Below are positions 56,443-64,000 of a stretch of 64,000 nt of DNA, in pieces. The notes beneath the pieces were generated by a model that worked only from the letters and a program-made list of their open reading frames with translations, did not search any database and was not told where the DNA came from. This DNA comes from Paragordius varius (Eukaryota; Animalia; Nematomorpha): assembly GCA_964247055.1 (NCBI GenBank), contig OZ176050.1:7006001-7070000 (forward strand). Direction: 5' to 3'. A program made the position numbers and the translations under genes. Position 1 is the stretch's first letter. Every line of letters begins with the position of its first letter.

Positions 56443-57320
56443 TTAATCCTTCCCTAATATGCGAAACACCTTCACAGTCATCCGATTCAAATTAGGGTCT
56501 TTGGGGACCACAGAAATGTTTTTTAAATATATCTCAAAATATAAACAAATTACTATTGCAAGTGCACGTATAAAACATTGATGGGCCGAAATATAAAAAA
56601 GATTCATATAAAAACTTGCTATTCTTATTTTAGGGATAAATCTTAAGAAAAAATAGTGAATACATGTCCTCATTAGTTAAATATAAAAAATACTTTTTAT
56701 AATTGTTAGAATTGATTCAAATAAAAAATGAGCTTCAATTTTAGCGTTATAATCAAATTAGCACGATAATTGGCAGAAATGATGTAAGTAATGGCGTGAA
56801 GTAATTGTATATGGAACTCGTTTTTTAAAAATAATTTTTTAAACAATTTTGCTTATTCATATAATTTTTATTAGCATAAAATATTAAATTGGAACTGTCT
56901 TTTCCAGGTGTTTTTAAATCACTATATATCCCGGTTATCGAATTGTTTGAAAAATGGTTAAATTCATATATTTGAGAGGTGGTTATTGTAATCAGGACAA
57001 ATATATCATAACAATTTTTCCTAATAAGTTTAACACATTGGCAAGAAATAGAAATAATATGCAAAATTGCGATGACATTTTGCATATGCATATTTTATGT
57101 TCGGCCCGAAGATTTTTGGGTCAAAAATACGACTTGGGAAGCCATTTGTGTTAGACACCCTTGGTGTAAACAATTTTTCTATAATTAAAGCCTTTGCACC
57201 AATTTATTTACATCCAGGGCCGCTTATTATCTTTGTAATGCCCGTGCAAATTCTTATATTAAAACCCAATATAAATTGGGACAGTTCACAAGATTGAACT
57301 AAACACCTGATTATATCAAT
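56443..57320 (-). CDS. Possible unidentified multi-exon gene immediately upstream of PPIP5K
   Basis: Several GC-richer open stretches with plausible splice sites: CLVQSCELSQFILGFNIRICTGITKIISGPG, SRIFDPKIFGPNIKYAYAKCH, NISVVPKDPNLNRMTVKVFRILGKD-stop. No family recognised. Confidence 0.35.
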
Positions 57321-57629
57321 ATATATCTAGTTTTTACTGGTTAAATGCAACATGAAAGCTTAATAAAATTAATTTACGTATTTAACCATATATACATTTA
57401 TTTGCCTATTTTATTGGAGAAAAATGGCGATAAATAAGTTTGATATGAGGTTCTTTTCACTATTTATATTTTTAAAATAACTTGCATTATTATGCGCCTA
57501 AAAAGAAAGAAAGCATATTCTTAACTTCGGGTTAATATCTTAATTACTTTTTGAGATATTCAAATTTTAAATCTCTCTGGGATATAAAACTACCACAAAA
57601 GGTCAAAAAGTGTTATCACTAAGACTTTA

Positions 57630-58990
57630 GCAATTCATTCTTCTATTTTTCATATGGTTGGTTGGTTATTTCTAATTCGTAAACGACTTTTTGGATATAG
57701 TTTGCACTATTGATTTCCACGTTTATATCTTTTACCACTAGATTCAAATTGTTGAATGTCATCTTATATTCCTCTTTTATCATGTCTAACGGTGGTCCCC
57801 TTTTCCCCTGCCCTTCTTCACAAGCATTTTGTATTTTCGATAAAGAATTAGATTGCTTGACATGACTAAAATATGTTAACATTCTTTTGTGAATTTTCTC
57901 TAAGATATTTGTTTTATCATTTATATGTGTAGTTAACTATCCAATATTTATTTTATCTTTCCATGTGTATTCTAGCATCTTGCGTCAGCAGCGCTTAAGC
58001 CATGAGAATTTGTTCTATTTTTTTTAAAGTTCTGTGGATAATCTTTATTTTTGGTTTTCAACTCCTAGACTTTTGTTTTTCCACATCCATATTAATTGGG
58101 TCATCGCCTCCCTATTCAATCCTATTCTCTTTCTGATGCCAGGAGTTAAAAAGCCATCCTCGGAAATTATATTACTTCAGTCTCTGAAACATTGGCTGCA
58201 TAAATCCTTTTTTATTATCCCTTCCACTTCCTAGCATTGTTTAATGAGAAACTTTTCATATTTCCTTTTTTATCATGGAAATTCTTTGTTATATTTTTTA
58301 AATTTATTATTCCCCCTTGATATTCTCATCCGCTTTTCGGCTGCCTCTTAACTCTTTTCTGACATTCATTTATTACAATTCCTCTTTACCCTTTAAACTT
58401 TTTCCTTTGCCACTTGATTAATAACTTTTTTTATCGTTCCCCATAAATCGGAACTACATTCATTGTCTAATTTATCCAATCTATCTTTTGTTTCTGATCT
58501 AACCTATTTGATATGTTTCAGATCATATCGCCATGTCTGTTTAGCGTTATTTTTAATCATTTCAAGATTGATTTTTGTTATTTAAAGTTCATCATCGCTA
58601 GAGCAACTGCTTTTGCTTGTTCTTGTATCTACTATAAAACCCATTTTTGTTGAAAAATTATATAATTTGGTTTTTGTATTGCCGTATGATGTGTATAACC
58701 TCCTACAGTGTTGTGGAAACCATTGGCTATCATCATAACGTTTTCCTGGCAAAAATTAATCAAAGCTTTCCAGCCTCGTTTCGTTCTCCCCATCCATATG
58801 AAACGACTATTTCATCTACCATACCTCTACCAACTTTGCTGTTCCAGCCACCTCATTAGATAATTATATCCCCTTTCCTTGTTTCATCCAAAACTTAAGT
58901 TTTGTATAAAAATCATCTGTCTTTTTTGGGAGCATTTGACGTATGAGCATAGACTACAATGTATGATTTAAATTGGCCTGCACGATACTA
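57630..58990 (-). mobile_element. Decayed, internally deleted RTE-clade LINE
   Basis: APE endonuclease remnants (VYAHTS, GWNSKVG, GERNEAG, FCQEN, RRLYT), linker (RYDLKHI, DLWGTIK, EAAEKR), then directly IRKRIG..MWKNK and the C-terminal TWKDK..LTYFSHV..GKRG. The 3' end accaac(c)atatgaa is shared with the 52 kb copy. Confidence 0.85.
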
Positions 58991-60894
58991 TTCTGGGTGT
59001 ATATAGTATATAACGTTTAAAATTGGTTGCTAAAATGTTTGATCACTAACAGAAACCAAACTGATTATAATTGAAAGAGAAATGGAATAATTGAATTTAG
59101 ATATTCTAGGTTTAATGGAGATGTGCAAAAGGTATCGCGAAAACACAAAAAGAAAACTACATTTTGTTGAGATCGTGAAGAAATAACGAAAAATTAAAAG
59201 GCTTTGCTGTATGAATAACGAAGTATTGTTCATATACGGACAATTGTTAAAGTATTTTTTATTCCAGAACTTTTTACCATAATTATTATTTCTTATTAAC
59301 TTCAATAGATTTTGATAGGAAAATGTATCAGGATTATTATTCTGCATTTAGTTTTCCTTACGATAAGAAAGTTATTTACACTTTGTGGTAAGTGCTACAT
59401 AACAGAAATGGGCAAAATTTCCTCATATTTTTTTAAATATTTTTTTGGTGAAAGATACAGATTTCTTTACAAAAAAAATCACTAAAATATATCATAAACT
59501 ACATATAAAAAGCAAATTTCAAAAATGAAAGTTTATTTTTTATCTTCTAAAATGGGCATGCCTTTTTTAAAGAACGCAAAATGCCGGGATTGCATAATAA
59601 AAATTTTAAATATATGGAAATTTCATCAACTAAAAATATATTTAAAAAATGCTTAATTTTTCAAAAATTTAATTTTTAGCAAAATTTAATTGAGGTGTAC
59701 TTCATACTATTTTGAGTTATGATTTTAAAAACGTCTTTAGATATTATAATACACTTTTTCAATATAATTTGATAATAGGTTTTCTGGATTTTTGATTATA
59801 TTATAGTAAAAACGATTGTTTTTAGATAATTCATAAATGATACTTTCGCAAGAATAGAAAAGTATGGTATTTATCATAATACCATCGATGAATTGTCACG
59901 AGTCGTTGTGACTTATTTGTCAATATTATAGTTATATATTTATAACTAACATGAAAATTTGCCACAGGATTTTTATTTTGGAAGGCCTATTTAATAAAGA
60001 GTGGGACCCTAAATTTTTGCTTTTAAATGGCAAATAACTAATAGATATTGAGTTTATATGGTCGCTTAAGCTCTCCGTAAAATGCTTCCACATGTTATTA
60101 TATATGCTGACCTATTAATAGAGTATAAAACAAAACCCTTCGATAATTTAGCTTTTAAATGGGGAATATTAAATTAATGTCTCATGAGCTTTCCAAAATC
60201 CATGCACGATATACTTATATAGTTGCATATATAATATTGTAGAACTGCTTAGGGCAGTAATAAGGGGAACCGCGGTCCTAGATGTGCTGTTTGGCTCAAT
60301 TAATTGTAAAATTTTTAATGTACTTTTGGAGAATAAACAAACAGCTATGAAAATTTGATCGGTATTTGACTCTTGAGACAAGAAATATATTATCTTAAGC
60401 CTTTTAAAATTTTTTCGGTTAGTAGCACTGGCATAGGGGTTTATTTTAAAAAAGCGCTGTATTTTCTTTGCATTTACATATGGAATACCTAAAACAATTA
60501 TTTATAGCATCACAAATAGGTAAATCCCTTATAACCACGATGGTCGCGTATTTTTCAGAGGGTAGACCCCTAATCAGCGGCTAATTAAAAAGCTCCTAAC
60601 TAAAATTTCTTACGGGAAATATTTAAAAATATTATAATTTCATAGATTGGGCTTGCTTAAAAAAATATTAAGATGCGCAAAAAATGGCATTTTACAGAGG
60701 GGCGGCTAAATATAGGTGCTAAAAAGGTGGGCCGACTTCGGAGAAATCGGTAAAGAAACATATGAATGGGCCTACATGTCCACTAAAATCCAACTCTACA
60801 TGTTTATTAATATATATATATATATATATATTCTATTTCTTTCGTAAAATTGCATTATAAGTATTATTTCGAAATTTATTTTTGGCCACCCTAA

Positions 60895-62258
60895 TTAATC
60901 AAAATCATATATAATTAATGTCAATTTTTCTTTTAGATTTGTTGCTGTAGGCCTATCTTGAGGTTGAATATTTATACAATCCATAATTAACTGATTCTAC
61001 AGGCATTATAATATATTTTAATACATATGGTGTAGATTGAAGGCATGTTAAAAAATTGTTTGGCTTTTTGCAAAAAAGACAGAGGGTACGAATCCTTTCA
61101 CATTCGGTCGAAAAACTGTGCAAACTTTCAAATAAAATAATTCCAATGCTAAATATATCTACCTATATAATGTAATTATAAAAAAAGACCTTTAACCTTA
61201 TAATCGTAAAAAGTATGAGCAGGGTTCAATTGTTCAGGTGCACTATATAAGGAAGTTCCAACATTATGGGATAGGCGTGTTAAACTATTTGAAGCTCGCG
61301 ATTCTTGAAAATTCTTTGGATTTATATTTATGGCAAGACCGAAATCTCCGATGACAGCACTAACGTCTTCATTAACAATTTCGGATTCAAAACTGCAAAA
61401 TATATTGTCTGGTTTTAAATCGCGATGAATTATATGTAAGCTGTGAAGATATTCAAGGCCGCAAGATATGTCACAAAATATTTTATGTTTCATACAATTC
61501 AATATACGATCGGTTTTATTGAATTCTTTTAGAGAAAATATATTTCTCAGTGTGTGAGTGTAATACTTATATTTAATGTTCAGAAAAATGTCGATTGCGG
61601 GGTTTGGATGAAGAGTTTCAATAGGAAAAGTACCTTCTAACCAAGAATCATGATATCGAATTATGTTTGGATGATTAAAGGATGATATTAACTTAACCTA
61701 TACTTAATACGGTAAACAACTTCATTTAGGGCCTTCTCGAAATTTATATTCAGAACGTTGTGGTTCCCATAAGTTGGAAAAAATATCAAAACTTTTTTAA
61801 CAGTATAAGGTCTGTTATCTAGTTTACCAAAACTTTTGTACACATTACTAAACCCCCCTTTGTCCATCCATTTAAGTGATGCAAATTTTTCGGTTGTGTG
61901 CAAACTTTCTAATGTTTTAATATTTAAATGTTCTGCAAATGCTGTCCATATTTTTTTCCTAATGTCTGAAAAATAAGCGCCCAAAAATATTTTCGGAATA
62001 AAATCAATGTCAGACAATAATTGTACGCACCTATTTAGTCAAATAATAATACTTTTCGAAATCATAACTTTTCAAAGTATATAAATTTTCTAAAAGCGAT
62101 GCCATTATTAACCATGAAGAATATGAACAATTTTTGGAAACTTGATCGATAATATTTTCATCATTTATTGATTTAGTCAAAAGATCTGAATCTAAGAAAT
62201 TAAAAAATATTTTACAATCAAAATTTTGAATTGTATGGGTGTGTTTATTTAAAAACAT
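60895..62258 (-). CDS. EIF2AK1: eIF2-alpha kinase, HRI/EIF2AK1-like
   Basis: N-terminal [10 protein letters not shown] (HRI LLVSLLEHL), [80 protein letters not shown]. Introns 62031-62052, 61698-61720, about 61163-61196 and 60997-61024. Start codon uncertain (62258 or 62327). Confidence 0.8.
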
Positions 62259-62350
62259 ATTATTGGTTAGGGAAATGAATGTGATAAATTTTATCTGGAT
62301 TAAAAAAATGCTTTCGGCATATTCCATTTTTGAATGTCTCATCATTGTCA

Positions 62351-64000
62351 ATGGTCAAACCTGAGTTTATTGAGATTTTTCCTTATCCGCCAAACACTTC
62401 TCCTTTAGATCATCAAGTAGCTGGTCATTTTCATGGACAGGGCAAAACAGGATTAGGATTCCTCAAACATGCAAACGGATTAATTTACAAACCATTTCAA
62501 ACCTCTTTAAGAGGTGAAAAGGAGCATGCGTTTTACGAAACAATTATCAATGAGTTAAATGATGATGATCCAATTGTTGTGAAATTAAGAACATTTCTTC
62601 CTGGTTACTATGGTGTAGAATATTTAAATATTTCAAACGAAAGTATGTTTAATGAATATATATTCTTAGATATCAAATTCATTAAATTACAAGATTTGAC
62701 AGCCAATTTAAGTCTTCCTTGTGTCATGGATATTAAAATTGGCCGTGAAACATACGAACCAGGGACTTCAAATAATAAAGTAGCCTATGAAATTGCCAAA
62801 TATCCATTAGTCCGTAAAATAGGAATAAGAATTTTGGGAATGAAGGTTTATAAATGTTTAAATAATCTTTCATGATTTAATTTTTATCTGCCTAATTACT
62901 TTTTGTTTTGTATATGTAAAAATATATTTTTTTTAGTTTTAATGATATCGAAAATGTTGCTTTCTAACAATAGAGAGATTATAAACCGTTTTTCTATTTA
63001 TTGAGAATTAAATAATCCTGTTATATTATTCGCATTTTAAGTAAGTCTATCAATGTCTCCTTTGATTAAGTCTTCGTCGACTCCCCGTCCTTAGAAAAAT
63101 ATCATTTTCTTTTAATATCGGGACGAACATTGATGGATCACGAATTAAACTGAAAAAAATAAAATGAAAGTGAAATTTTAAAACATTTATAACTAAATTT
63201 TCCGTAAAAACCGGTATATGTATACATATGTTTCTTTAAAATTTATGCGGTATGAAAAATTAGTGTAATTACTAATAAATTATATCCTTTTCATAAATTT
63301 GTTTAGGACGTGGCAAGAAATTTTTGCAACTTTTGTTAGGAGTATTTCTAATCTATAAAATTTGGCGTTTTTATTCTGGTGTAAAGCGGTTATCTAGCCA
63401 GTTTATACAAAACCTTTTTAATAAAAAAACAGCTTCTTGGTCTGAAATTTGTGTTTATAAAATTAAAAATTAATTTAAATAATTTTAAATTCGGTAATAA
63501 ACTTTTTCTTTAAATTTATCAGTCTTATTTTAATGATATTTTTTGATAAGTAAATAAATTCGATACCCTATCGGTAAGTGTTGTATGGATCTCATTTAAT
63601 TAATATGTGGTACGTATTTTATGGTAAATTCCCAATTTAAGGATTTTATATTACACTTTCCTTTCCGCCAAAATAATTGTTTATAAGTTCAGAAATCGGG
63701 AATCGAGGTTTTTCTTAGTAATTCTATTTTTATGGATTACAAAACTCGACATAATTCTTTTACCTATTATTATTATTAATGATAAAAGAGACTAAATATT
63801 TGTATAATACATTTTTTAATATAACACAAAAATATGGTTTAATATGATATGATTTGTCCAAAAAATTAATATTTTTATTAAAACATATATCTTAAAATAT
63901 ATATTTAATTTTCTTATGTTTGATAGATATTTAATCCAACAACCGAAAAATATGAACAATTTGACAAAGAATATGGAAAAACTCTTGATGAAAATGACAT
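62351..64000 (+). CDS. IPMK: Inositol polyphosphate multikinase; continues beyond the window
   Basis: Motifs HQVAGH, KPFQ..RGEKEHAFYE, FLPGYYG, LQDLT..PCVMDIKIGRETY, GIRILGMK. The next exon from 63927 reads IFNPTTEKYEQFDKEYGKTLDEND. Confidence 0.92.

Noticed and set aside
57643-57882. ORF 57643-57882 as a host gene exon
   Set aside because: It is the C-terminal part of the RTE LINE ORF (LTYFSHV..GKRG).
60230-60350. LINE endonuclease fragment (IRGTAVLDVLF, plus strand)
   Set aside because: Only one weak motif resemblance with no flanking support.
1-64000. Stop-codon reassignment explaining the broken ORFs
   Set aside because: The in-frame stops I examined in conserved genes fall within removable GT-AG or AT-AC introns; the standard code suffices.

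Overview
Very AT-rich, intron-containing animal genomic DNA; there are no prokaryotic features. Genes reconstructed by hand across exons, in order: a secreted double heme-peroxidase-domain protein (-, runs off the window start), SRSF10-like SR protein (-), TYW3 (+), one or two orphan genes (-), SMARCE1/BAF57-like (+), FOG/U-shaped-like C2HC zinc-finger gene (-), PPIP5K/Vip1 (-, about 18 kb), a possible orphan (-), HRI-like eIF2-alpha kinase (-) and IPMK (+, runs off the window end). Transposon debris: a mauritiana-type mariner, two RTE LINE fragments, a tRNA-derived SINE candidate and several MITE families. The most striking signal is the splicing system. About 14 introns of only 20-28 nt, most supported by protein homology, coexist with kb-sized transposon-filled introns and with a textbook 61-nt U12-type AT-AC intron at the conserved SRSF10 site. 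Other highlights: both peroxidase domains lack the proximal heme His, BAF57 appears to lack its HMG box, FOG appears reduced to three fingers, and the HRI kinase insert is almost absent. The pattern suggests a reduced, probably parasitic bilaterian such as an orthonectid or dicyemid; that is inference only. All homology calls come from recognising motifs by eye, not from searches, and exon boundaries were set by hand.
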